Source: Bdellovibrionia bacterium
GTDB taxonomy: Bacteria > Bdellovibrionota > UBA1018
Reading direction: 5' to 3'
NCBI GenBank assembly: GCA_049424145.1
Contig: JBMSSC010000063.1
Coordinates: forward strand, 1 to 14,967
DNA: 14,967 nt
Shown: piece by piece, positions 1 to 8,367 of the stretch
Layout: the number at the start of each line of letters is the position of its first letter
How positions within the stretch are numbered: position 1 is the stretch's first letter
Notes under the pieces: model-generated
Seen by the model: the letters and a program-made list of their open reading frames with translations, nothing else
The model's database searches: none
What the model was told of the DNA's origin: nothing
Program-made: the position numbers and the translations under genes

Positions 1-320
1 TTACAGTCACTGGACGCACCAGCTACAACAATTAGTTTTTGCAGGACTGGGAAAAAGATAAGCAATCCTAAATCAAACGAATCCGAGAGCGAGCTTATCA
101 TGAGGTCAAGCACTTAGAGGAGTCTTACCGAAACGGACTTGACCAAAACGCAAAAGAAGCTCAAAACGCCCTTCAAACCGCTCGGGAACAAAGCCTAGAA
201 AACCTAGCTTATGAAAAAACCCGAGCCCAGGAAAACGCAGACCGATTAAGAGAGCAGATTTACAATCAAAAAGGTCAAATCGAAAGCGAGCGTAGATCCA
301 GCCAAAAAAGACTCGAGCAA

Positions 321-1742
321 ATGGCTGAAGCCAATGAAAATCGACGCAAAACAGATGAAAAATCGAATCGAAACCGAGAGGAAGACCTGATTAAAAACAC
401 CTCTGAGGCCTACCGAAAAAACGATGACCAAATCAAGGCGTTTCAGAGGAGCCAAAATCAAGCATTAGAAGACTCTCAAAAAAATCGACAAACCCTGAAT
501 CAACAAACGTTAAATCAAACGCAAGAGGCCATCCGAAAGATGAGTGAGCGGGCCTCAGAAAATGATCAACAGCTCCGCAAGGCCAATCAACAGATTACCG
601 ACTCTTACCAGACCCAACTGGATGCGTTGAAAAAAACCACTGAGAACGCAGAAAACTACTACTCCACCAAGAATCAAAAGGTCATGGAGGAAAAAGAAAG
701 ACACTATAACGATCTCCTCAGAGAAAGAACGATCGAGGGAGATCAAAAACTCAAGTACTTAGGAGAACAACTGGACAAGCAGGCGGCCCAAGCCCGTCAG
801 ATGTCAGAAATTGAATCTCAACGACGTGATGCTCTCCTAGAAGATACGATGACTCACTCGGAAGAACAGAAGAAAATCGCACTCGAAAAGCAGGCCAAAG
901 GCTACGAACGAGCGATGAGCCAGCAGAACGCCAAAGATTCTGCAAAAATTAAGTACCTCGAAGACGCTCTTCACACCACGAAAACTTCCACCGATCCAAA
1001 CCTGATCTCCCCTGCGGCCGAGGAAAGAATTCGAAAGATCCTCACGCAATCTCACAAAAAGGAGCTCGATACGGAGGTTGATAAACACAACCGGTATACG
1101 ACTCAATTGATTGAAAACAAACAAACCGAACTCAATAACGCTCGAGAAGACTATCAGAGCGAGCTTTTGAGAGCTAAAAGTGAGTTTGAGCGAGAGATCA
1201 CCCTGAATCGTTCGAACTTTTTAGATACCGTTGCTGAGAACGAAGTCGATGCAGCAACCCGCCTGAAAGACTCCGAATCAAGCACTGCCTATCAAATCGA
1301 AGCCCTCCACCGGCATTATGGACGACTCTTGGAGAAACAAAAAAGGGACTTCAACAACGCCTTTGACAGCAGTCGAAGTGCGGCCGAGATTCGTTTCAAT
1401 GAGTTTAAGCAAGAGGCAGAAATGGCTGCCAAACTGGCTCATAAGACCGCAGTGGCGGAGAAAACCGATCTCATTAAATCTTACGAAAGAAAACTTCAAA
1501 AACTCAAAGAGGACCACGAAAATAATTTGGATATTGTGAAGACTCAAGCGATAGTAGATGTACATGCCACCGAGCAGCGGTTAAAACAAGAAATCGAAGC
1601 TCAAGGAAAATCGCATGAACAAAAACTCGCTCAAGCTCTTGCACAACACAAAGAACGAGAGCGAATTGCCGAGCAAAATTATCAAGATGAAATAGACAGG
1701 ACAAAACGCTCATATGAACTCCTTATCCAAAAGAAGAGTTAA
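321..1742 (+). CDS. Long coiled-coil hypothetical protein, probably 5'-truncated (frame is open from 72)
   Basis: 473-aa ORF very rich in E/Q/K/R/A with few P/G and no C/W. The same frame is stop-free back to 72 with the same composition, but has no ATG/GTG/TTG before 321. Confidence 0.8.
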   Translation: MAEANENRRKTDEKSNRNREEDLIKNTSEAYRKNDDQIKAFQRSQNQALEDSQKNRQTLNQQTLNQTQEAIRKMSERASENDQQLRKANQQITDSYQTQLDALKKTTENAENYYSTKNQKVMEEKERHYNDLLRERTIEGDQKLKYLGEQLDKQAAQARQMSEIESQRRDALLEDTMTHSEEQKKIALEKQAKGYERAMSQQNAKDSAKIKYLEDALHTTKTSTDPNLISPAAEERIRKILTQSHKKELDTEVDKHNRYTTQLIENKQTELNNAREDYQSELLRAKSEFEREITLNRSNFLDTVAENEVDAATRLKDSESSTAYQIEALHRHYGRLLEKQKRDFNNAFDSSRSAAEIRFNEFKQEAEMAAKLAHKTAVAEKTDLIKSYERKLQKLKEDHENNLDIVKTQAIVDVHATEQRLKQEIEAQGKSHEQKLAQALAQHKERERIAEQNYQDEIDRTKRSYELLIQKKS

Positions 1743-3204
1743 AATTGTCTGTACGTTAGGACCTTCCTCTCAGACGGTTGAGCAAATCTCGGCCCTCATT
1801 GATGAGGGCATGGATGTCGCTCGACTCAACTTTAGTCACGGGACTCATGCGTTTCACGCCTCACTGATCCAGGCCGTGCGCGAAGCTGCGAAGAAAAAAA
1901 ATCGATCGGTGGGGATCATGCAGGACCTTCAAGGCCCAAAAATCCGTGTGGGAATGCTACCGAAGACCGGAATTGAACTGAAAGCAGGCGATACGGTCGT
2001 TCTTTATCCCGAGGGATCAGAACCCAGGACCTCTCTTCACGGAAAAATTGCCATCCCGATCTCTTCAGAAATTGCACTTCCCGTCTCAAAAGACACTCAG
2101 ACCGGAGCACGCATCCTTTTTGACGACGGAAAAATTGCAACCCGAGCGATTTCAGTGTCCCCGCCGGAGATTGTCATTGAGGTTGAAGTGGGCGGAAAGC
2201 TCACCAGTCAAAAAGGGATGAACCTCCCGGGCACTCCCCTCTCCATTCCTTGCCTCACCGATAAGGACCTCGAGGACTTGGCTTTTGGACTCTCCCAGAA
2301 GGTGGATGCAGTGGCACTGTCGTTTGTTCGAAACAAGCACGACATTGAGCGCTTGCGGGAGAAAATGAGAAGCATCACCCATGACCTTCCCTTAGTGATT
2401 CCCAAGATTGAACGAGAAGAAGCTGTGGACCTTCATGAATCGATTGTGGAGGTTTCCGATGCTCTGTTGATTGCCCGCGGCGATATGGCGGTTGAAGTGG
2501 GAGCAGAACGCGTCCCGATCATTCAAAAGAAGCTCATTCAAGCCTGCAACCAATGGGGGGTTCCCGTCATTACGGCCACCCAAATGCTGGAGTCCATGAT
2601 TTCTTCTCCGACTCCGACGCGAGCTGAGGCCAGCGACGTGGCAAACGCCGTGTTTGATGGAACGGATGCCGTGATGCTCTCTGGAGAAACTGCTTCGGGG
2701 CAATATGCCAGGGAAGCCGTCAGCACGATGAGTCGCATCGTTTTGGAAGCCGAGAGGACAAAAAACGCCTACTCTCGACACTCCAAACGAGCCTTGCCCA
2801 GGACCTCCATTGTGGATGCCATTGAAAGCAGTGCTGCACACATTGCTCAGCAGGTGAATGCGGTGGCCATTGCCTGTCTGACGCACTCAGGGATGGCTGC
2901 GCGTACGCTTGCGAAGTATCGCCCGGAGACCCCCATTGTTGCCATCGTCGATAAGGAGTCCATCCTCGCACGACTGGCGTTTGTCTGGGGTGTGCGTGGA
3001 ATCGTGATTCCCAAGCTCGTGGCGACAGATGATTTGTTTGCGATGGTAGAATCAGTTTTAAAAGCCCATCATTGGGCAGGGGCTGAGGACCTTGTGGTGG
3101 TCACCGCAGGAATTCCTACGCTCAGGCGAGGCACCACCAATATGGTCAAGGTTCACCGCCTCGGAGCCAACCTAGGGCGTGAATTTGATACCGGATCAAT
3201 CTAG
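1714..3204 (+). CDS. pyk: Pyruvate kinase
   Basis: Motifs KIVCTLGP, ARLNFSHG, DLQGPKIR, KIE, ARGD, ATQMLESM, PTRAEASDVANAVFDGTDAVMLSGETA, and C-terminal GTTN. Confidence 0.98.
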   Translation: MNSLSKRRVKIVCTLGPSSQTVEQISALIDEGMDVARLNFSHGTHAFHASLIQAVREAAKKKNRSVGIMQDLQGPKIRVGMLPKTGIELKAGDTVVLYPEGSEPRTSLHGKIAIPISSEIALPVSKDTQTGARILFDDGKIATRAISVSPPEIVIEVEVGGKLTSQKGMNLPGTPLSIPCLTDKDLEDLAFGLSQKVDAVALSFVRNKHDIERLREKMRSITHDLPLVIPKIEREEAVDLHESIVEVSDALLIARGDMAVEVGAERVPIIQKKLIQACNQWGVPVITATQMLESMISSPTPTRAEASDVANAVFDGTDAVMLSGETASGQYAREAVSTMSRIVLEAERTKNAYSRHSKRALPRTSIVDAIESSAAHIAQQVNAVAIACLTHSGMAARTLAKYRPETPIVAIVDKESILARLAFVWGVRGIVIPKLVATDDLFAMVESVLKAHHWAGAEDLVVVTAGIPTLRRGTTNMVKVHRLGANLGREFDTGSI

Positions 3205-3260
3205 ACCTTTTTTCTTCCCCTTGCTGTGACCCCAGAGACCTGCTAGTTGTTTGGGTCCTC

Positions 3261-5912
3261 ATGACACTCAAAAGCACGGATGAACTGACGCCTTTAATGA
3301 AACAATACTGGGACTTAAAAGCCACGGTCCCGGACGCCTTACTGTTATTTCGGATGGGCGATTTCTACGAACTCTTCGGAGACGATGCCGTGACGGCGGC
3401 CTCGATTCTGGAGATCACCCTCACGAGCCGGGATAAAACGAAAGCCAATCCCATTGCCATGGCAGGAGTCCCTCACCACAGTGTTCAGGGGTACATTCAA
3501 AAACTCCTAAAAGCCGGAAAAAAAATCGCTTTAGGGGAACAGGTGGAGGACCCGGAGTCAGTCAAAGGGACGGGAAAAATCGTGAGACGAGAAATTGTCC
3601 GCGTGCTCACGCCTGCTGTGCAGTTTGATGTTGAAGGGTCGGAGGCCAATTATTTGGCCACGCTCACCAGCCACACCGAAGGCTCACGAACCCTATGGAT
3701 CCTCACCTGCTTAGACGTATCCACGGGGGAAGTCTTAATCAGTGATCCGCTTGAGCTTACCTCCGTGCTCCAAGAGTTTCGCAACCTCCCGATTCGCCAC
3801 TACCTGCACTACCCTCACCTCATGGAGCTTGAGCGCCTGGGAAACCTGGAGGGGATCTTAAGCGAGGGCCTACCTAAAAACTACGTCTCCCTTGAAAAAG
3901 GATCTGAGATTCTAAAAAAGCAGTATCAGATTGAAAACCTGGGCTCGTTTTTAAAAACCCCCAGTGCTCTTTTAGGGCTCAGCACCTTAGTCACCTATGT
4001 CTTAAGAACCCAACTTTTAGAGCGAATCGAGCACCTACGCCTGCCTGAGCCCCTCCGCAAACCGGAGACCTTGGTTCTAGGCCCCTCCACCGCTCAACAC
4101 CTGGATCTTGCCGATCTCTTTCGACTGATCAATCATACCCGATCCACCTTAGGGGCTCGTCGGCTAAAAAACTGGCTCTTAGCTCCTTTACTGGACCCCC
4201 AGGCCATTGAACTGCGTCAATCTGCCGTGCGTGCGATTTCGGAGATGAGTAGTCCTCTTCGCCAGAGTCTGGCTCAAAACCTAGCTCCCATTCATGATCT
4301 GGAGCGAATCTTAGCTCGCGTGAATACGCAGCTCGCCACCCCAAAAGACGCCCTAGCCCTAGGACAATCCCTCACTCACCTGCCCCACCTCGTTCCCCTT
4401 CTTGCGCCTTTGCAGTCCCGCTGCCTTCAGCAGCTGCACCAATCACTGCTCCAAGCGGCCAGCGAACTGGAACCCTTAACTCAAACTCTGGTTCGTTCCC
4501 TCAGAGAAGACGCCCCCACGCACGCTCGGGAGGGGGGAATTTTTCAGCGCGGAACGTCCCCTGAACTGGACCGCCTCATCGATCTGACTGAAAACGGCCA
4601 GCGTTGGCTCAGTGAGCTTGAGAACCGCGAGCGCGAGCAAACCAAGATCCCTTCACTCAAAGTGCGCTACAATCGCGTCTTTGGGTATTACATTGAAGTG
4701 ACTCAGGCGCATTTAAAAAATGTCCCTCCCCATTACCAGAGAAAACAAACCATGGTCGGAGCGGAGCGCTTTTTCACCGACGAGCTCAAGCGATTTGAAG
4801 AAGAAATCCTCACCGCCTCAACCCGTCAAAAGCAATTAGAGCAGGAACTCTTTGAGTCACTTCTGGGTCAAATCCAGGCTCAAAGCCCTGCCATCATGGC
4901 TCTGGCCGAACACCTAGGACAACTCGACTCGCTGGCCTCCTTTGCGTCCCTCAGCCTTCAACCCGGCTGGTGCATGCCGCTCATTGACAACTCTTTGAAT
5001 CTAGACATTCGCGCGGGACGTCACCCCATGGTGGATCAAGCCCAAAAAGGAGGCTTCGTCCCCAATGACGTTTGCCTGTCTCCCTCCTCACGCATGACTC
5101 TGCTCATCACGGGACCCAATATGGGAGGTAAGTCCACGATCATGAGGCAAACTGCCCTCATCGTCATCCTCGGGCAGATGGGAGCGCCGGTTCCAGCCCA
5201 AAGTGCGAGCTGGGGAGCCTTCTCCTCCGTCTACACCCGAATTGGAGCTCAAGATGCCATCGCACGGGGTCAGAGTACGTTCATGGTGGAAATGAGCGAA
5301 CTGGCTGAGATCCTCCATCATGCGGATGCAAAATCCCTCATCATCCTCGACGAGATTGGTCGTGGCACAAGCACCTATGACGGAATCAGCGTGGCTTGGG
5401 CCACTTTAGAGTGGATCTGCACAAAGATTCAGGCCCGCACGTTTTTTGCCACCCACTATCACGAGCTCATTCACCTCTCGCAGAGCCTACCGCTCTTAGC
5501 CAACACTCACCTCGCAGTCGCAGGCACCCGATCTCCCAGTAAAAAGACCCTGCGATTCCTCTACGAGCTCAAAGAAGGCCCCACCAATGAAAGCTTCGGC
5601 ATTCATGTGGCCCAGATGGCGGGGCTTCCGCCTTCCGTCATTCAACGGGCCTGGGAGGTTTTAGAAAACCTGGAGAACTCGACGAAAACCGAACCCGCCT
5701 CGCCATCCGTCCTTGAACTCCCACTGTTTCAATCCATTCAGCGAGCCGAAGTCCAGGAGAGCGAGCCTGAAGTTGAACCCCCGACTCACCCATTATTTCT
5801 GGAATTAGCGGAAGTGGACCCCCATCACTTAACTCCAATGCAAGCCCTAGAGACCTTAATCCGACTCAAGACTCTTGCAGCACCCCAGGATATCGCTGAA
5901 TCACGGCCTTGA
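3261..5912 (+). CDS. mutS: DNA mismatch repair protein MutS (MutS1)
   Basis: TPLMKQY, GDFYELF (mismatch-binding Phe-X-Glu), Walker A GPNMGGKST, STFMVEM, DEIGRGT, FATHYHEL, SFGIHVAQMAGLP, and C-terminal LTPMQAL domain. Confidence 0.98.
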   Translation: MTLKSTDELTPLMKQYWDLKATVPDALLLFRMGDFYELFGDDAVTAASILEITLTSRDKTKANPIAMAGVPHHSVQGYIQKLLKAGKKIALGEQVEDPESVKGTGKIVRREIVRVLTPAVQFDVEGSEANYLATLTSHTEGSRTLWILTCLDVSTGEVLISDPLELTSVLQEFRNLPIRHYLHYPHLMELERLGNLEGILSEGLPKNYVSLEKGSEILKKQYQIENLGSFLKTPSALLGLSTLVTYVLRTQLLERIEHLRLPEPLRKPETLVLGPSTAQHLDLADLFRLINHTRSTLGARRLKNWLLAPLLDPQAIELRQSAVRAISEMSSPLRQSLAQNLAPIHDLERILARVNTQLATPKDALALGQSLTHLPHLVPLLAPLQSRCLQQLHQSLLQAASELEPLTQTLVRSLREDAPTHAREGGIFQRGTSPELDRLIDLTENGQRWLSELENREREQTKIPSLKVRYNRVFGYYIEVTQAHLKNVPPHYQRKQTMVGAERFFTDELKRFEEEILTASTRQKQLEQELFESLLGQIQAQSPAIMALAEHLGQLDSLASFASLSLQPGWCMPLIDNSLNLDIRAGRHPMVDQAQKGGFVPNDVCLSPSSRMTLLITGPNMGGKSTIMRQTALIVILGQMGAPVPAQSASWGAFSSVYTRIGAQDAIARGQSTFMVEMSELAEILHHADAKSLIILDEIGRGTSTYDGISVAWATLEWICTKIQARTFFATHYHELIHLSQSLPLLANTHLAVAGTRSPSKKTLRFLYELKEGPTNESFGIHVAQMAGLPPSVIQRAWEVLENLENSTKTEPASPSVLELPLFQSIQRAEVQESEPEVEPPTHPLFLELAEVDPHHLTPMQALETLIRLKTLAAPQDIAESRP

Positions 5913-7005
5913 GGTTCTTCTTCAGAGCGGCGCCCATCGGCACACCGGGAGTGCGCAAACTGACCCAAGCCCACTGAACGGGGTGCGTTTCTCCAGAGTC
6001 TTGAGACATCAGGTGAGTGAGGATCTCTTTTTCAGCTGAGCCCTGGAGCCTGAGGACATGGGTGAGCCGCCGAATCTTATGGCGCGTCACCACATGCTCA
6101 CTTTCCATCTCGCCTAAAGTAAGAAGCTTTCCTTTTTTCACTCGAGGGCAAAACTCAAGGAGATCCCAAAGCCCTGCTCTCCATTTTCCCTGGGGACTTT
6201 GAGTGAGCAGTACTTCGGCTTGAGAATTTAAAATGCAATAACGAGTTTCCTCGACCCGAACCCACGATTTGGGCTTCTTTTTTGGAGGATACTCCTGCTC
6301 AACCCGCATCTGATGGGCACGACAGACGGAAGAAATAGGACAATGCCCGCACTGAGGTTTTTTCGGGGTACAAATCGTTGCGCCCAGCTCCATGAGCGCC
6401 TGGTTCAGTTGACTGGGGAGTAAACCCAGGGAATAGCCTCCCTGCACGACCAGGGTGGAGAGTCGCCACAGGCGTTTTTTATAGATGGCTTGACCAGCAG
6501 CAGACCCCACTCGTCTGACTCTTGAGAGGACGCGTTCCACATTTCCATCTAAGAGGGGCTCCGGATAATTGCCAGCAATGGATAAAACGGCTCCAGCCGT
6601 GTACTGCCCCACCCCTGGAATCTCAAGCCACTGCGCTCGGGTTTTAGGAAACTGCCCTGTCTCCCCCCAGAACTCCAAAAGTTTTTTTGCCCCTTGATGG
6701 AGATTGCGAGCGCGCGAGTAGTAGCCTAAACCCGCCCAAAGCAAAAGGACCTCCTCTAACGGAGCCCGGGCCAAGCTTTCTAAATCCGGGAATCGGGCCA
6801 TGAAGCGTTCAAAATAAGGAATCACGCTCACCACTTGAGTCTGCTGAAGCATGATCTCAGAGACCCAGACCCGATAATAGGAAGGTTGATCTCTCCAGGG
6901 CAGATCCCGCTGTTTGCACTGAAACCAGTGAACCAACTGCTGGAGTGCCCGAGGCAGGGGGGATTGATTTTTTAAGGTTTTCAAACGGGCTAAGGACTTG
7001 ATCAT
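5866..7005 (-). CDS. mutY: A/G-specific adenine glycosylase MutY
   Basis: RDLPWR, WVSEIMLQQTQV, WAGLGYYSRARNL, HhH IPGVGQYTAGA, DGNVERV, [4Fe-4S] motif CTPKKPQCGHCPISSVC, and a C-terminal domain with GLW. Start is uncertain: ATG 7005 is preferred over TTG 7041, which would abut the amidase start. Confidence 0.93.
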   Translation of the reverse strand: MIKSLARLKTLKNQSPLPRALQQLVHWFQCKQRDLPWRDQPSYYRVWVSEIMLQQTQVVSVIPYFERFMARFPDLESLARAPLEEVLLLWAGLGYYSRARNLHQGAKKLLEFWGETGQFPKTRAQWLEIPGVGQYTAGAVLSIAGNYPEPLLDGNVERVLSRVRRVGSAAGQAIYKKRLWRLSTLVVQGGYSLGLLPSQLNQALMELGATICTPKKPQCGHCPISSVCRAHQMRVEQEYPPKKKPKSWVRVEETRYCILNSQAEVLLTQSPQGKWRAGLWDLLEFCPRVKKGKLLTLGEMESEHVVTRHKIRRLTHVLRLQGSAEKEILTHLMSQDSGETHPVQWAWVSLRTPGVPMGAALKKNLKAVIQRYPGVLQES

Positions 7006-7043
7006 CCCGAATCCATCCCATAATCTAAGAAGAGGGGGCAAGT

Positions 7044-7895
7044 GTGAAAAAAATTCATGGGCTCTATCTCATCACGCTGGGAATGATCCAAATGATCGCA
7101 CCGCAGAGGAGTCTGCTCTGGACTCCCTGCTGGGCCAGCCCCCAGCCCTTTCAAGTGGTTCTTGATCCAGGCCATGGGGGTTCTGATGAGGGGACGGTCT
7201 ATGAATCGGGACAATTCCGGGTTGCGGAAAAAACGATCACTTTAGCCTTAGCCAAACGGGTTGAAAAACTCCTTAAAACCCGCGGCTACCGTGTGGCATT
7301 GACTCGATCAGATGACCGCGAAGTCCCTCTGGCGGCCCGAACACAACTTGCTAATCAATTGAAGGCTCGGGTTTTTATCTCAATTCACTTAAACTCATCG
7401 GATCTCCTGGGCTCTCAAGATGCAGAAGGAGTGGAAACCTACATCCTCAATAGCACGACCGATGCGTCGTCCCGACGTCTTTCGCAGCTTGAAAACAGCG
7501 TGATCTCAGCAGACCCCAAAAACCCAACCGAACTGGACGTTGCTCTGATTTTAAAAGACCTCCGACTGGATGCCAACTTGGGCGACAGCAAGCGCTTAGC
7601 CTGCACTCTTCAGAACCACTTGGTGAGTGCGACGTCTCAGACCTCTTCCCTAAACCGTAAACGAAGAAACCGCGGAGTGAAGCAGGCCCTTTTTCATGTC
7701 CTTCTGGGCGCAGACATGCCTTCCGTTTTAGTAGAAACCGGCTTCCTGAAAAACCCCTATGATCGAGCCCTTTTTATGTCCCATTCAGGACAAAATCGAA
7801 TTGCTCAAGCGATCGTGGAGGCAATTGAGAGCTACCAAAAACAAATGAAAAGCGGCGCATCCAAGAGCGCCTGGACCCATTGCCCTCAGAGCTAA
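7044..7895 (+). CDS. N-acetylmuramoyl-L-alanine amidase (Amidase_3, AmiA/AmiC-like catalytic domain)
   Basis: Zn-ligand and catalytic motifs VVLDPGHGG, EK, FISIHLN, GVETY, PSVLVETGF. Hydrophobic N-terminus. GTG start preceded by purine-rich AGAGGGGG. Confidence 0.93.
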   Translation: MKKIHGLYLITLGMIQMIAPQRSLLWTPCWASPQPFQVVLDPGHGGSDEGTVYESGQFRVAEKTITLALAKRVEKLLKTRGYRVALTRSDDREVPLAARTQLANQLKARVFISIHLNSSDLLGSQDAEGVETYILNSTTDASSRRLSQLENSVISADPKNPTELDVALILKDLRLDANLGDSKRLACTLQNHLVSATSQTSSLNRKRRNRGVKQALFHVLLGADMPSVLVETGFLKNPYDRALFMSHSGQNRIAQAIVEAIESYQKQMKSGASKSAWTHCPQS

Positions 7896-7996
7896 AAGCC
7901 TTTTAGACCAAAAAAAGGCCCCAAGCAGCACATCGATCGTGTTGAGGGTACCGAAAGGAAGAGGGGGTCACCGCGGGGTTACAAAGCATTTTGAAG

Positions 7997-8025
7997 ACCA
8001 GGACAAGAACTGACTTTGTCCTGGT
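7997..8025. repeat. Perfect 10-bp inverted repeat (hairpin)
   Basis: ACCAGGACAA (7997-8006), 9-nt loop, TTGTCCTGGT (8016-8025). No adjacent U-tract, so function is unassigned. Confidence 0.6.
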
Positions 8026-8144
8026 TCCCCCCAAAAGGCCTAGCACTTCTACCAGGCCTACACCTTTTTCATTTACCATAGATTAAATGAATTGCAAATT
8101 TTAAATTTTATTTCCTCAAAAAATCAGCTCAAAAATTAGTCCTG

Positions 8145-8161
8145 TGTCAAGACTCTAGACA
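8145..8161. promoter_or_regulatory. Candidate enhancer (UAS) for a sigma54 activator
   Basis: Dyad TGTCaAG-act-CTaGACA, about 105 bp upstream of the -24/-12 box. Confidence 0.45.
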
Positions 8162-8266
8162 GCTCATCGCGCAAGCACACCGCATTAGAATTGGATCAAA
8201 TTATTTTTTTATTCATTATTTCAATCACATAGAATCATTAATTTTAAATTCTACAAATAAAAAAAA

Positions 8267-8282
8267 TGGCACCCTGCTTGCT
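8267..8282 (+). promoter_or_regulatory. sigma54 (RpoN) -24/-12 promoter
   Basis: TGGCAC-CCTGC-TTGCT fits TGGCAC-N5-TTGCW. It is intergenic, correctly oriented, ends 85 nt before the ATG at 8368, and follows an AT-rich tract. Confidence 0.8.
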
Positions 8283-8367
8283 CTACTGCTTCTCAGCTGC
8301 ATTCACTCAAACCTGGACCCCAGGTCCTTAGATTGATTTGCAGTAAGTTTTTTATGGAGGTTTTTTT

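Noticed and set aside
49..57. GGGAAAAAG as a -1 frameshift site joining frame 1 to the coiled-coil frame
   Set aside because: The target frame has TAA at 69-71 just downstream, so slippage here would terminate.
3221..3257. Possible mutS promoter (TTGCTG-N17-TAGTTG with TG extension) and a small GACCC/GGGTC hairpin
   Set aside because: The -10 lacks the conserved final T and the stem is only 5 bp, too weak to call.
4092..4139. MutS seems to lack a roughly 10-residue loop (QHLDLADLFRLINHT)
   Set aside because: This is a variable loop, the frame is intact, and it cannot be judged without an alignment.
7945..7990. c-di-GMP-I riboswitch-like fragments (CCGAAAGG, GCGGGGTTAC; also GGCAAAC at 9230)
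   Set aside because: The fragments are not in the required order or spacing, and the GGCAAAC...GAAA...GACGCAAAGC core is absent.
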